From Armatimonadota bacterium (lineage in GTDB: Bacteria > Armatimonadota > Fimbriimonadia > Fimbriimonadales > GBS-DC), in contig JBBIML010000010.1 of NCBI GenBank assembly GCA_037444405.1, positions 112,930 to 176,929 of the forward strand: DNA of 64,000 nt. The letters run 5' to 3'. The notes under the pieces are model-generated. The model saw nothing but the letters and a program-made list of their open reading frames with translations, was not told the DNA's origin and ran no database searches. Below are positions 1-10,627 of this stretch, piece after piece (the first letter of the stretch is position 1; every line of letters starts with the position of its first letter). The translations under genes were made by a program, and so were the position numbers.

Positions 1-1066
1 AGCCATAGTAATACCAGTTGTTCGGGTCGGAGCCTGTCTGCATGCGGAACAGGGTGGTCAGGTAGTAGCTGGGTGGCAGGTCGGGCACGCGCTGGAGCAG
101 CGCCTGCCAGAAGGCGGGATTGCCCCCGTAGCTGCGCATCGGCTGATCCCACGGGCTGAACGCCAGAAACACAATCGCGCCCAGCCCATAGGAGCGTGTG
201 GCAATCAGCGGGACGCCGTTTTGCTGGAGCAGGACAGCGCTGTCGGGCGCAGGGCGGCTCAGCGTGATGCTGACTCTGCCCGCAGGCGGCTCCTGCCCGC
301 AGAACGCGCCCACCGCCCGCAACGAGTCGAGTTCGCCCAATCCCTGCACCTGCACGGGCAGCAGCGGTTGCAACGCTGGATGCTGGAGGTAGAGCGCGCC
401 CGCGCCGCCCGGCGCAATCAGCGTGCCGCCCAGTCGAACCCAGTTCAGCAGCGCCTGCCACTGCTCCGCGCTCATGCGCTCCGCGCCCGCGCCCAGCACA
501 ATCACGCTCACCCCACTGCAGGCAATCGCCATCGGCGGGAACAGCTCCGAACGGCAATACGCCACCTCATAAGTGCCCTCCCGTTGATAGGACGAATAGG
601 GATACGGGCGCATGACCGACACGCGCGGACGGATTTTAATCGTGCGCAGGAACTGCATCCCGCCAATCGCATCGCCCACGCCCACCACCAGGCGGTCTTC
701 CTCACCAATCGGGCTCAGGGGCTGCTGCGCCTCGACCGACACGCCGGGCGCGGAAAAGCGCACCACGATGTTGAAAGAGCCGAAGCCGCCAACGATGGGG
801 CAGGCGATAAGCCGCTTGCGCCCACCCGCAGGCAGCTCCAGCGGGTAGCGGTACTCGCGCTGATAGCTGAAGCCCTCCTGCGCGACGCTCACCACCCCCC
901 GCAGGTTGCCACTCCGATTGCGCACCTCGATCAGCAGGGGCAACGCGCCATTAATACTCGGTCGGTTGCCGAACAGTGGTTGCACCAGCAGCTCCACTGG
1001 CTGCGCCCAGCCCATCAGCCAGACGCTCATCAAGAAGCCTGCCAACCAGCCACGCCCGGTTGCCAT
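1..1066 (-). CDS. Hypothetical exported/membrane protein, truncated by the window edge (possible GATase-like domain)
   Basis: I read an open frame manually on the minus strand from ATG at 1066 (MATGRGWLAGFLMSVWLMGWAQPVELLVQPLFG...WQALLNWVRLGGTLIAPGG...). It has a signal-peptide-like N-terminus. It is absent from the ORF track, presumably because it runs off the edge. Confidence 0.65.
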   Translation of the reverse strand, partial: MATGRGWLAGFLMSVWLMGWAQPVELLVQPLFGNRPSINGALPLLIEVRNRSGNLRGVVSVAQEGFSYQREYRYPLELPAGGRKRLIACPIVGGFGSFNIVVRFSAPGVSVEAQQPLSPIGEEDRLVVGVGDAIGGMQFLRTIKIRPRVSVMRPYPYSSYQREGTYEVAYCRSELFPPMAIACSGVSVIVLGAGAERMSAEQWQALLNWVRLGGTLIAPGGAGALYLQHPALQPLLPVQVQGLGELDSLRAVGAFCGQEPPAGRVSITLSRPAPDSAVLLQQNGVPLIATRSYGLGAIVFLAFSPWDQPMRSYGGNPAFWQALLQRVPDLPPSYYLTTLFRMQTGSDPNNWYYYG

Positions 1067-1133
1067 CCACCTCACCACTGGATAAGATTCTACCCTCCCA
1101 GCATATTCTCCTGCCTGCATCGCAACAACGAAT

Positions 1134-1177
1134 CCCCTTCCCCCCAGCGTCGGGAGAGGGGGCAAGGGGGTGAGGGC
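1134..1177. repeat. REP-like palindromic repeat, family A (CCCTCTCCC..GGGAGAGGG / GGGTGAGGG)
   Basis: ccccttcccccagcgtcgggagagggggcaagggggtgagggc; the same motifs recur in many intergenic regions. Confidence 0.75.
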
Positions 1178-1194
1178 AAGGTACAATCTTTTCG

Positions 1195-2277
<1,083 letters not shown>

Positions 2278-2378
2278 CCCGCCCAAAAACCCCCAAAACT
2301 CACAGGTGCTGCCGTGCCGTTGTGTGGAACGATGGTACTGGCGTGAGAGGGTTCGCCTTCGCACGCAGGGAGAGAACC

Positions 2379-2744
2379 ATGCGAAATCGGAAGGCAAGCC
2401 GGCGGGGGTTCACGCTCCTGGAGATTATGGTCGTGGTATTCATTCTGGGCATCCTGATCACGATTGCGGTGCCCAGCTGGATGAACGCGCGCTCGCGAGC
2501 GCAGGCGCGCACCTGCTCCGCCAATCTGCGCCAGATTCACCAGGCGAAAGAGATGCACGCACTGGCAAATCGCCTGCCCGATGGGACACCCGTACAGATG
2601 AGCGACCTGGTGCCGCAGTATCTGCAGGCGGAGCCGTTCTGTCCTGCAGCTGGCGGCGCGGCGTACACGGTCAACCCCGTCGGCACCGCTCCCACCTGCC
2701 CCACTGGCTTGCCGAACCACACCGTCGACTGGAGAGGGGATTAG
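2379..2744 (+). CDS. Type IV pilin/pseudopilin (prepilin N-terminal cleavage/methylation domain)
   Basis: RRG|FTLLEIMVVVFILGIL class III signal; C-terminal Cys residues (FCP, TCP). Confidence 0.88.
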   Translation: MRNRKASRRGFTLLEIMVVVFILGILITIAVPSWMNARSRAQARTCSANLRQIHQAKEMHALANRLPDGTPVQMSDLVPQYLQAEPFCPAAGGAAYTVNPVGTAPTCPTGLPNHTVDWRGD

Positions 2745-2747
2745 CGT

Positions 2748-3230
2748 ATGCGAACATGCAGAGGCTCGGCACTCACGGAACTGCTGATTGCGGTATTGCT
2801 CGTCACCCTGCTGGTGCTATCCATCGCTGCCATTACGCCGACAACCAGCCGCATGCAGACCCAGGCACAGCAGTACACCTACGCGCTGAACCTCGCTCAA
2901 ACAGTGCTGGAGCGCGTGCGTACGCTTGAGTTCAATCAGATCACCTTCGAGGGCTTGCAGCAGAACGGGCTGGCACAAACGCTGGTGCTGAGCGAACCGA
3001 ATCACTTCATCGCTCAGTTCACCACTGTGTCCACACCAGGGGGAGGCACCATCAATCTCGGCACGAACCTGCGCGAAGCGGTCGGCACCATCGAGGTGTT
3101 CAATCTGACGACCAACAACGACATCGCCATCGGGCTGAAGACGATTTTCGTGACGATTCAGTGGCGGGAGCCGCGCACCAATCGCGTTCAGCAGGTTCAG
3201 CTGGCGACCTCCGTCGCCAGCCTGCAATGA
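2748..3230 (+). CDS. Minor pilin-like protein (PilV-like)
   Basis: RG|SALTELLIAVLL degenerate prepilin signal; operon position. Confidence 0.7.
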   Translation: MRTCRGSALTELLIAVLLVTLLVLSIAAITPTTSRMQTQAQQYTYALNLAQTVLERVRTLEFNQITFEGLQQNGLAQTLVLSEPNHFIAQFTTVSTPGGGTINLGTNLREAVGTIEVFNLTTNNDIAIGLKTIFVTIQWREPRTNRVQQVQLATSVASLQ

Positions 3231-3234
3231 AGCG

Positions 3235-3336
3235 CCCCCTCTCCCCTCTGGGGAGAGAGTTGGGGTGAGGGGTTCGAGCAAGCAGGGGAGATCATGCCCC
3301 CTCACCTGTACCCTCTCCCCCGCTGGGGGAGAGGGC
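3235..3336. repeat. Pair of family A REP-like palindromes
   Basis: ccccctctcccctctggggagagagttggggtgagggg and cccctcacctgtaccctctcccccgctgggggagaggg. Confidence 0.8.
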
Positions 3337-3366
3337 TATACGGAATCACAGGGGAGGATGCGACCA

Positions 3367-3927
3367 ATGAGACGAAAACGCAGCCGCGCACGCGGCTCGA
3401 TGATGCTGGAGCTGGTGTTCGCCAGCGCGCTCTCGGTGATGGTGATTGCGCTGCTGGTGGCAACGGAGCTGGGCGCCCTGCGCGCCTATCAGCGCGCCCT
3501 CAACCAGAACACCGCCAGCCGCGGCGCCTATAACGCCCTGCGCGAGATTCGCGGGCTTGCCCAGCAGGCGGTCAGCGTGACAATTAGCGGCGGCACGCAG
3601 GCAACCCTGCTGATGCCCCAGCGCGACGCCAGCGGCGCCATCCGCCTGCCCATCCAGCCCGATACAGCGAACCCGTTCAGACTTACCGTCAACTTCTCGG
3701 CAGGCACGCTGACGCTCACCAGCAACGCGGGCACCCGTGTCCTGCTAACTGGTGTCCGCGACCGCACGCCGCAGGGCACAACCTACACGCCCTTTTCTTT
3801 CACCCAGTACGCGCCAGGTGTGGCGGCGCTCCATGTGCGCCTCAGCGTCCAGCAGGGCAATACCACCACAGCCACCACCGCATGGTTCGAAGAAACTATC
3901 CTGTTGCGCAACGCACCAGTTCAGTGA
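3367..3927 (+). CDS. Minor pilin-like protein (PilW-like)
   Basis: ARG|SMMLELVFASAL prepilin-like signal; C-terminal ETILLRN is typical of PilW/PulJ-like proteins; an alternative ATG is at 3358. Confidence 0.7.
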   Translation: MRRKRSRARGSMMLELVFASALSVMVIALLVATELGALRAYQRALNQNTASRGAYNALREIRGLAQQAVSVTISGGTQATLLMPQRDASGAIRLPIQPDTANPFRLTVNFSAGTLTLTSNAGTRVLLTGVRDRTPQGTTYTPFSFTQYAPGVAALHVRLSVQQGNTTTATTAWFEETILLRNAPVQ

Positions 3928-3951
3928 ACACACTATGGGGAGGGAGATACG

Positions 3952-5817
3952 ATGAGGAAGCGCACACAGCGTGGCAGCACGATGGTCACCACGCTCATCA
4001 CGGGCGGGCTGACTATCGTCACGGCAACCGCTTATCTGGATTTAGCAACGCAGGATTTACGCACGGCGAACGCTCGCATGCGCGAGGTCATCACCCAGAA
4101 TCTGGCGGAGGCAGGGCTGAACGCCTCTATGCAGCAGCTCTGGCGTGAGTTCAAAATCAGCCAGCGGTTCGACACTTTCGATAGCACCCTGCGCGACGCC
4201 TCACCCGATAGCCCTGCACGCACATGGAACGGCGTTCTCGGCACAGTGGGCAACTACACGGCGTCGGTCGTGGGCTATCAGACGATCGATTCCTACACGC
4301 GGCGCGTCACCCTGCGCGCCGTCGGCTGGCAGGATCGCAACGGCAATGGTCGGCTCGATTCAGGTGAGCCACGCCAGGTGCTCCAGCAAACTTTCGATCT
4401 GCAACTCTCGCGCTCTGGCGTGTTCGACTACGCTTACTTCGTGAACAACTACGGCTGGATGTACGGCTTCGATGGCGAGAGCCTGGTGACCAATGGCGAT
4501 ATGCGCTCCAACGGCGACTTCGAATTTCGCTACGGTCGCCCCACCATCAACGGCACGATTATCGCCGCGGCGAACGACAAGCTCACGCCCAGAGCGAACG
4601 GCTACATTATCGTGGAGGGCGGAACCGCGCCCCGACAGTGGACGACCAGCACCTATCGCTCCCGACAGGATTCGAACTACCGCGGGCAGGGACCCTATAT
4701 GCGTCAGGGCTACTCCAGCTCAGTGCATGGCGCAATTGGCAGCAGCACCTTCAACGAGTGGCGCGACTATCTGTACGAAGCCAGCGGGCAGATGATAGGT
4801 GGCTCGCCGTTTGGCGCCGTGCTTGCCGATTCGCGCGGCACACGCCGATTCGATGGCACCGTGCTGGACAACCGTCCCACCCGCGAGATGGTGCTGCCCA
4901 ACCTGAACGATCTGAACTATTATCTCAACCTCTCCCGCACATGGCGCGATCCACGAGCCACCTATCGCGACGGCACATCGAACCCCTACTACAATCAGGA
5001 GGCATTCGTGGAGGTGTGGAACCCCAGTCGCAACCGTTACGAGCGCATCTCAACCAACGGCGTCATTAACGGTAGCGTCGCGCTGATTGGCTACCGAAAC
5101 TATCCCATCCGCATTCACGGACCCGTCACCGTCACGCAGGATGTGGTCATTCGCGGCTATGTGGTGGGTCAGGGCACGCTCTACGCAGGGCGCAATGTGC
5201 ATATCGTGGGCGACATCATCTACAAGAACCCGCCCGACTTCCGTGGGGGCGACTTCAACACCGTGCTGAACAATGTGGAGAAGAAGGACGCGCTGGGGCT
5301 GGCAGCGCGAGGCAGCGTAATGATGGGCAATACGCGGCGGTTCAGCGACCCCTATCCCCTGCGCTACATGACGCCGCCCTTCACACGCGGACGCTACGAC
5401 GAGAACGGCAACTGGATCCCGCCCTTCAACGCCCTTGAACGCGACGAAACCGGACGCTACCGCTATCAGTCGGCTTATGGACGCGCTGACCAGAGCGACA
5501 TCGAACAGCTCTCCCTACAAGTCGATATCGACCAGAACGGCACCATCTCCAGCGATGAACGCGGCATTTCGCGCATCGACGCCGTGCTGTTCACGAACTT
5601 CGTTGGCGGAGGGAACCTCGCCACCGACGGGCTGGGGCTGACCATCAACGGCACCATCATTGCCAAAGATGAGGCGATGGTGCTGTGGAGCATCCCGATG
5701 TGGCTCAACTACGACTGGCGCATCCGCGAGCGCAGCCTCGACGACACACCGCTCATCAATATCGAGCTGCCGCGCGTCGCCGCCGTGCGCCGCATGGCGT
5801 GGCAGCGCGTTTATTGA
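3952..5817 (+). CDS. PilX-like N-terminal large pilin-associated protein
   Basis: QRG|STMVTTLI with no E5; NLAEAGL (PilX-N motif); Ca-binding-like loops DRNGNGRLD and DIDQNGTIS. Confidence 0.72.
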   Translation: MRKRTQRGSTMVTTLITGGLTIVTATAYLDLATQDLRTANARMREVITQNLAEAGLNASMQQLWREFKISQRFDTFDSTLRDASPDSPARTWNGVLGTVGNYTASVVGYQTIDSYTRRVTLRAVGWQDRNGNGRLDSGEPRQVLQQTFDLQLSRSGVFDYAYFVNNYGWMYGFDGESLVTNGDMRSNGDFEFRYGRPTINGTIIAAANDKLTPRANGYIIVEGGTAPRQWTTSTYRSRQDSNYRGQGPYMRQGYSSSVHGAIGSSTFNEWRDYLYEASGQMIGGSPFGAVLADSRGTRRFDGTVLDNRPTREMVLPNLNDLNYYLNLSRTWRDPRATYRDGTSNPYYNQEAFVEVWNPSRNRYERISTNGVINGSVALIGYRNYPIRIHGPVTVTQDVVIRGYVVGQGTLYAGRNVHIVGDIIYKNPPDFRGGDFNTVLNNVEKKDALGLAARGSVMMGNTRRFSDPYPLRYMTPPFTRGRYDENGNWIPPFNALERDETGRYRYQSAYGRADQSDIEQLSLQVDIDQNGTISSDERGISRIDAVLFTNFVGGGNLATDGLGLTINGTIIAKDEAMVLWSIPMWLNYDWRIRERSLDDTPLINIELPRVAAVRRMAWQRVY

Positions 5818-5818
5818 T

Positions 5819-5907
5819 GCCCTCACCCCCAGCCCCTCTCCCACGCTGTGGGAGAGGGGAGCCAAAATCCCTCTCCCTCACAGGGGAAGAGGGTACGGGT
5901 GAGGGGG
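5819..5907. repeat. Inverted pair of family A REP-like palindromes
   Basis: ccctcacccccagcccctctcccacgctgtgggagagggg ... ccctctccctcacaggggaagagggtacgggtgagggg. Confidence 0.85.
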
Positions 5908-5936
5908 CAACCCAACTTCACCGAGAACGAGGAGGG

Positions 5937-6419
5937 ATGAACATGAGAAAGCAACATCTGACACGATTTCTGGGCACGATAGCGATAGCCAGTCTCTGGC
6001 TCTTCGGCTGGAGCATCGTCTCGGAGCATCGCTCGCCGAACGAGCGACCCGAATGGTGGAAGCCTTACGAGAACGCCGCGCCAATTCAACCGTCGCCGAC
6101 GGTGGTCGTGCCGCAGGGCGATGTGCCCACCGTTGTGGAGGAAGCCGTCACGCGCAGTGCGCCCGCTGGCGTGCCTGACACGCTGGTCATCCAGCCCCAG
6201 AGTGGGGTCGCAACCGTTAGTCTGCCCCGCGCCATCGATGGCGAGCAGGTGATGCAGCAGGCGAATCGCGATATTGAGCGTCAGCGCGTGGCGTTCTGGC
6301 GTCCGTTCGCGCTGTTTGGCGGCTTCCTGTTGCTGGGCGGCGGCGCGGTGTTTGGGCTTCTGCGCTGGTGGAGCCAGCAGGTGCCCGCGCCGCCCCCTGT
6401 CCGTCGCCGCCGCTACTAA
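5937..6419 (+). CDS. Hypothetical membrane protein with N- and C-terminal hydrophobic segments
   Basis: SD GGAGG before ATG; two hydrophobic helices; basic tail RRRRY. Confidence 0.6.
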   Translation: MNMRKQHLTRFLGTIAIASLWLFGWSIVSEHRSPNERPEWWKPYENAAPIQPSPTVVVPQGDVPTVVEEAVTRSAPAGVPDTLVIQPQSGVATVSLPRAIDGEQVMQQANRDIERQRVAFWRPFALFGGFLLLGGGAVFGLLRWWSQQVPAPPPVRRRRY

Positions 6420-6438
6420 GCCACACCCTCTAAGGGGT

Positions 6439-7656
6439 CTACAGCCGTCCGCGCCCGCTGGTCAGCACGCCAGCGACGGGCGCGGGCGGCAACGCCCGAA
6501 CCGCCAGCGCGAGCGCAATCACCATATCGTCGTGGAAGCCGCGCTCCGCGCCGAAACGCACCCCTGTCGGCGTCGCGCTCACCTCAAAGTGATACAGCTC
6601 CTGCAACAGCCTGCCATCGGGCAACAGCTGCAGCTGCTCGCGCTCCAGCATCAACGCGAGGCTCTCCACCAGCGACTGCTTGACCGCGCGGGTGAAGGTC
6701 AGCCCTTCCACAGGCACGGATAACGCCGATTGCAACGCCTCCACCAGTGGGTCGCCGACACCTGTGCGGTCGCACAGCACGCGCTGAACGCCATGCTGGT
6801 CCATCAATCGGGCAATCTGCGCCACCTGCTCCGCCCACGCCAGCCCCTGCCAGCGACGGATGTCCAGCATGCGCGCCGCCTGCTGGGAGCCATGCAGAAT
6901 CGCCACCGCTGTCCAGTCCCGATAGCGTGCCCAGTCGACGCCCGCCACCACCATCCCATCGGGCTGAAGGCGCAGCAGCATGGCGCGATCGACCCACTCG
7001 GTGCGGAACAGCTGCCCCGCGTCGTCCAGGAACGCTGCGCCGTACTCCACCTGGAACTGGCGTTCGCTCATCAGCTGCGCCTGCATCAGCAGGGTGCTGG
7101 GCGAGAGCAGCGGGTTCTGCCACGAGGGGCTGCGCAGGCTCCAGACGCGCTCGCTGCCCTGCTGACCCTCCCGATAGAGCCGATAGAAGTAGTTTTTGCC
7201 GCGCGGGGTGGAGACCAGCGCGAGCCGACCGCCCGTGTCGCTGAGCATCGGCATCAGCACCTCTATCACCACCTGTTCGGGCACATAGGCGGCTTCGTCC
7301 ACCACAATCAGGTGCGCCTTGCGCCCGCGCAGGAAAAGCCCGCCGCGCGTTGCCGGGCGCGCCCACAAGCGGCTCGGACCGATGGTCAGCACGGGCGCTG
7401 GTGTGCGTCGCACCTGGGGTTTCTCACCCACCTGACGCAACAGTCCGATCACCCGCTCAAACGGGATCAGCGCCTGCTCCTGCGAAGGCGCCACGATCAG
7501 CACCATACGGGGTGCAGGCTCCAGCAGGGTGCGGGCGACCTCCACCGCAATCACTTCCGTCTTGCCCCAGCGTCGCCCGCACGCCAGCACCCGAATGGGC
7601 GCCCGCGACTCCAGAAACGCGCGCTGCCCCGCATGGGGATACCAGCCCGCAATCAT
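6439..7656 (-). CDS. Phage-type terminase large subunit (ATPase plus RNase H-like nuclease), orphan
   Basis: Walker A GRRWGKT, Walker B LIVVDEA, coupling motif STP, nuclease motifs GVDWARYRDWTA / DRTGVG / HDDMVIALALA. Confidence 0.9.
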   Translation of the reverse strand: MIAGWYPHAGQRAFLESRAPIRVLACGRRWGKTEVIAVEVARTLLEPAPRMVLIVAPSQEQALIPFERVIGLLRQVGEKPQVRRTPAPVLTIGPSRLWARPATRGGLFLRGRKAHLIVVDEAAYVPEQVVIEVLMPMLSDTGGRLALVSTPRGKNYFYRLYREGQQGSERVWSLRSPSWQNPLLSPSTLLMQAQLMSERQFQVEYGAAFLDDAGQLFRTEWVDRAMLLRLQPDGMVVAGVDWARYRDWTAVAILHGSQQAARMLDIRRWQGLAWAEQVAQIARLMDQHGVQRVLCDRTGVGDPLVEALQSALSVPVEGLTFTRAVKQSLVESLALMLEREQLQLLPDGRLLQELYHFEVSATPTGVRFGAERGFHDDMVIALALAVRALPPAPVAGVLTSGRGRL

Positions 7657-7729
7657 GGCATCTCACTCCCGCTGATGAAGCCAGCACGCTTATAGATGGA
7701 CAACCGTAGCAGCAGGTACAATCTCTGCT

Positions 7730-9319
7730 GTGAAACGGCGACTGTTGCTGGGGCTTTGGATCGGGCTAATCAGCCTCGCGCTGGCAGACCGACCCGCGTG
7801 GATGACCAGCGCGGAGAGCATCACGCCCGCCGATTTGCGGGCACACCTGGAGTTTATCGCCTCCGACGAGCTGGAAGGGCGCGACACGCCCTCGCGCGGA
7901 CTCGATATCGCGGGCATGTACCTCGTGTCCCACCTCAAGCGCTGGGGGCTGAAACCGGGCGGCGAGAACGGCACCTACTATCAGACGCTCACCATCCGCA
8001 CAGATCAGGTGCGCACCGAGTCGAGCGTGGTGCGCATTGGCACGCAGGAGTTCCGCTACGGTGAGGGCTTCCTGGCGCGCGCAGTGCCCCTCTCCATCGA
8101 AGCCCAGCCCGTGTATGTCGGCTACGGCTGGTCGAACCCCACCCAGAGCATCGATCCCTACAGGGGGCTGGATGTGCGCGAGAAGGTGCTGGTGGTGCTG
8201 GGTGGCTTCCCGAAACAGGTGGCGCAACTGGGGCTGGAAAAGGCGCAGCAGGAAGGCTGGGTTAGCCCCGAAGAGAACGCTCGCCGCCGCGGCGCCCGCG
8301 CCATCCTGCGCATCGACCCCGCGCTGATGGAACGACTGGAGCGCCAGAGCCGCATGTGGGCGCGGCGACGCATCGTTGAAGAGCTGGAACGCGAGGAACC
8401 CGGCATGCCCCTGATTGTGCCCTCCCGCGCCATGCTCGACATGCTCTGTCAGGGCGAGGAGGTGAGCGCGGACGAACTCATCCAGCGCGCCCAATCGGGT
8501 GAAGCGGGCGAACCGTTCATCTTCCGTGCCAGCAAACGCCTGCACATCGAAATCGCCGTGCAGACCACACGCGAGACCGCCCGCAATGTAATCGCGGTTG
8601 CCGAAGGTAGCGATCCCGTTCTCAAAAACGAGTATGTGGTTGTCGGTGCGCACTTAGACCATGTGGGCGTGGGCACGCCGCGCCGACCGGGCGAAGATGT
8701 CATCTACAACGGCGCGGACGACGACGGCTCGGGAACCGTCGCGCTGCTGGAGATGGCGGAAGCGATTGCACACGGCGCACGACCCAAACGCTCGATGCTG
8801 TTCATCTGGCATGTGGGCGAGGAAAAAGGGCTATGGGGTTCACGACTGTTCACCGAGCGCCCAACCGTGCCCCTGCAGAACATTATTGCTGAAGTCAACA
8901 TCGATATGATCGGGCGCAGCAAACCGCTGAACAACACCAACCCGCGCAACGCCGATCTGTCCGAACCCGATGAAATCTTCGTGATCGGTCCCAAGCTCGC
9001 CAGCCCCGATCTCGGCAAAGTGCTGGAACGGGTGAACGCGAGCTATCTCAAACTGCGTCTGAACCCGCGCTATGACGACCCCAGCGATCCCGAACGACTC
9101 TACTACCGCAGCGATCACTACAGCTACGCCCGCAAGGGCATCCCGGTCATCTTCTTCTTCAGCGGTCTGCACGAGGATTATCACCAGCCCAGCGACCATG
9201 TGGACAAAATCGGCTTCGAGAAGATGGCGAAGGTTACGCGCACCATCTACGGGCTGGTGTGGAGCCTTGCAGACCAGGAGGAGCGTCCCGCGCGTGTGAA
9301 GGTGAGCGACGATGAGTGA
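7730..9319 (+). CDS. M28 family aminopeptidase with PA domain, exported
   Basis: Signal peptide; GAHLDH, GADDDGSG, GEEKGLWGS, NIDMIG, RSDH, YHQPSD. Confidence 0.92.
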   Translation: MKRRLLLGLWIGLISLALADRPAWMTSAESITPADLRAHLEFIASDELEGRDTPSRGLDIAGMYLVSHLKRWGLKPGGENGTYYQTLTIRTDQVRTESSVVRIGTQEFRYGEGFLARAVPLSIEAQPVYVGYGWSNPTQSIDPYRGLDVREKVLVVLGGFPKQVAQLGLEKAQQEGWVSPEENARRRGARAILRIDPALMERLERQSRMWARRRIVEELEREEPGMPLIVPSRAMLDMLCQGEEVSADELIQRAQSGEAGEPFIFRASKRLHIEIAVQTTRETARNVIAVAEGSDPVLKNEYVVVGAHLDHVGVGTPRRPGEDVIYNGADDDGSGTVALLEMAEAIAHGARPKRSMLFIWHVGEEKGLWGSRLFTERPTVPLQNIIAEVNIDMIGRSKPLNNTNPRNADLSEPDEIFVIGPKLASPDLGKVLERVNASYLKLRLNPRYDDPSDPERLYYRSDHYSYARKGIPVIFFFSGLHEDYHQPSDHVDKIGFEKMAKVTRTIYGLVWSLADQEERPARVKVSDDE

Positions 9320-9836
9320 GCGCACACAGGAGCAGTTAATGGAGCAGGCAGCGCAGGCGCTTCAAGCCGCGCTCAAACGGCTGCATGTGCCCTTCAACGC
9401 CGACAGGTTCGAGTGGGAGGGTATCCTCGCGCGGGACTACCAAGCGCATGCAGGCGACGCGCGAGGCATGGGATGGCGCGGTATCCGACGCTACGGGCTG
9501 GGACGACCGCCCATTATCCCCGTCCAGTTTGCCCTGCGCTACTTCGAAATCGAGCCGGGCGGCTACTCCAGCCTTGAAAAGCATCACCATGCGCATCTGG
9601 TGATTGTGCTTCGCGGGCGTGGTCGGGCGCTGGTCGGCACGCGCCTGTTCGAGCTGAAGCCGTTCGACCTGCTCTATGTGCCGCCCGACACGCCGCACCG
9701 CTGGCTGAACCCCTATGAAGAGCCGTTCGGCTTCCTGTGCCCCGTGGACGCCGAGCGCGACCGCCCGCAACCCATCAGCGACGAGGAGTGGGAAGCCCTC
9801 CGCCAGAACCCCGAAACCGCACCTTACCTGTTTTGA
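9312..9836 (+). CDS. Cupin domain protein
   Basis: EPGGYSSLEKHHHAH...YVPPDTPHRW cupin motifs. Confidence 0.85.
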   Translation: MSERTQEQLMEQAAQALQAALKRLHVPFNADRFEWEGILARDYQAHAGDARGMGWRGIRRYGLGRPPIIPVQFALRYFEIEPGGYSSLEKHHHAHLVIVLRGRGRALVGTRLFELKPFDLLYVPPDTPHRWLNPYEEPFGFLCPVDAERDRPQPISDEEWEALRQNPETAPYLF

Positions 9837-9886
9837 CAGGTTTCTCACCTTCAGAGGGGGTTGGGGCTGACCGAAAATAGGGGGTG

Positions 9887-10603
9887 ATGGAGCCGATACC
9901 ACTGGTGCGCCTGCTGAAGCGAGGCGATTGGGCAGATGTGCGTCGCCCGTCGCCGCCTGTACCTCCACCACTGCCCGAACTGTCGGACGCCAGCCCGGCG
10001 CCGTACTCGCCTGAAACGGCTCGACAGCAAGCCGAGTCGCTCATCCAGCAGGCGCGCGCGGAAGCCGACGCTATCCGCCAGCAAGCCTATCAGGAGGGCT
10101 ATCAGGCAGGTTATAAGGCGGGCGAAGCCGACGCCCACCAGCAACTGCAAGCCGATTACCAGCAGCAGGTGGACGAGCTGCGCCAGGCAGTGAACACCTT
10201 CCTTCAGCAGCTGCACGCCGAGTTTGAGGCTTATCTGCGCCTGGTGGAGCAGGAGATGCTCGCGCTCACGCTGGAGATAGCCCGCAAAATCGTGCGCGAC
10301 GAACTGCGCCAGCACCCAGAGCATGTGCTGGGCGTGATTCGCGACACCCTGCGGCGCGTGCAGGGATTCGGACAGGTGCGCGTGCGGGTGAACCCGCTCG
10401 ATCTGGAGCTGGCGCGCCAGAATCGGGCGCACCTGATGGCGGTCATCGACTCGCTGGACGGGCTGGAGATTGTGGAGGATCGGCGTGTGGAGCCAGGCGG
10501 CTGCATCGTGGAGACGCCGCAGGGCATCTACGACGCCCGAATCGGCACGCAGTTCGAGGAGATTGAGCGGGCAATAGAAGATTCGCAGCCCGAGGCGGCA
10601 TGA
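9887..10603 (+). CDS. fliH: Flagellar assembly protein FliH
   Basis: AxxxG(xxxG) repeat AYQEGYQAGYKAG; VNPLD; GGCIVET; upstream of fliI. Confidence 0.88.
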   Translation: MEPIPLVRLLKRGDWADVRRPSPPVPPPLPELSDASPAPYSPETARQQAESLIQQARAEADAIRQQAYQEGYQAGYKAGEADAHQQLQADYQQQVDELRQAVNTFLQQLHAEFEAYLRLVEQEMLALTLEIARKIVRDELRQHPEHVLGVIRDTLRRVQGFGQVRVRVNPLDLELARQNRAHLMAVIDSLDGLEIVEDRRVEPGGCIVETPQGIYDARIGTQFEEIERAIEDSQPEAA

Positions 10604-10627
10604 AGAAACCCCTGGAGAGGGATTACC

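Noticed and set aside
2324..2340. Sigma54 promoter before the pilin operon (TGGAACGATGGTACT)
   Set aside because: The -12 GC dinucleotide is missing.
6439..7656. Prophage
   Set aside because: No other phage gene, integrase or att-like repeat was recognised.
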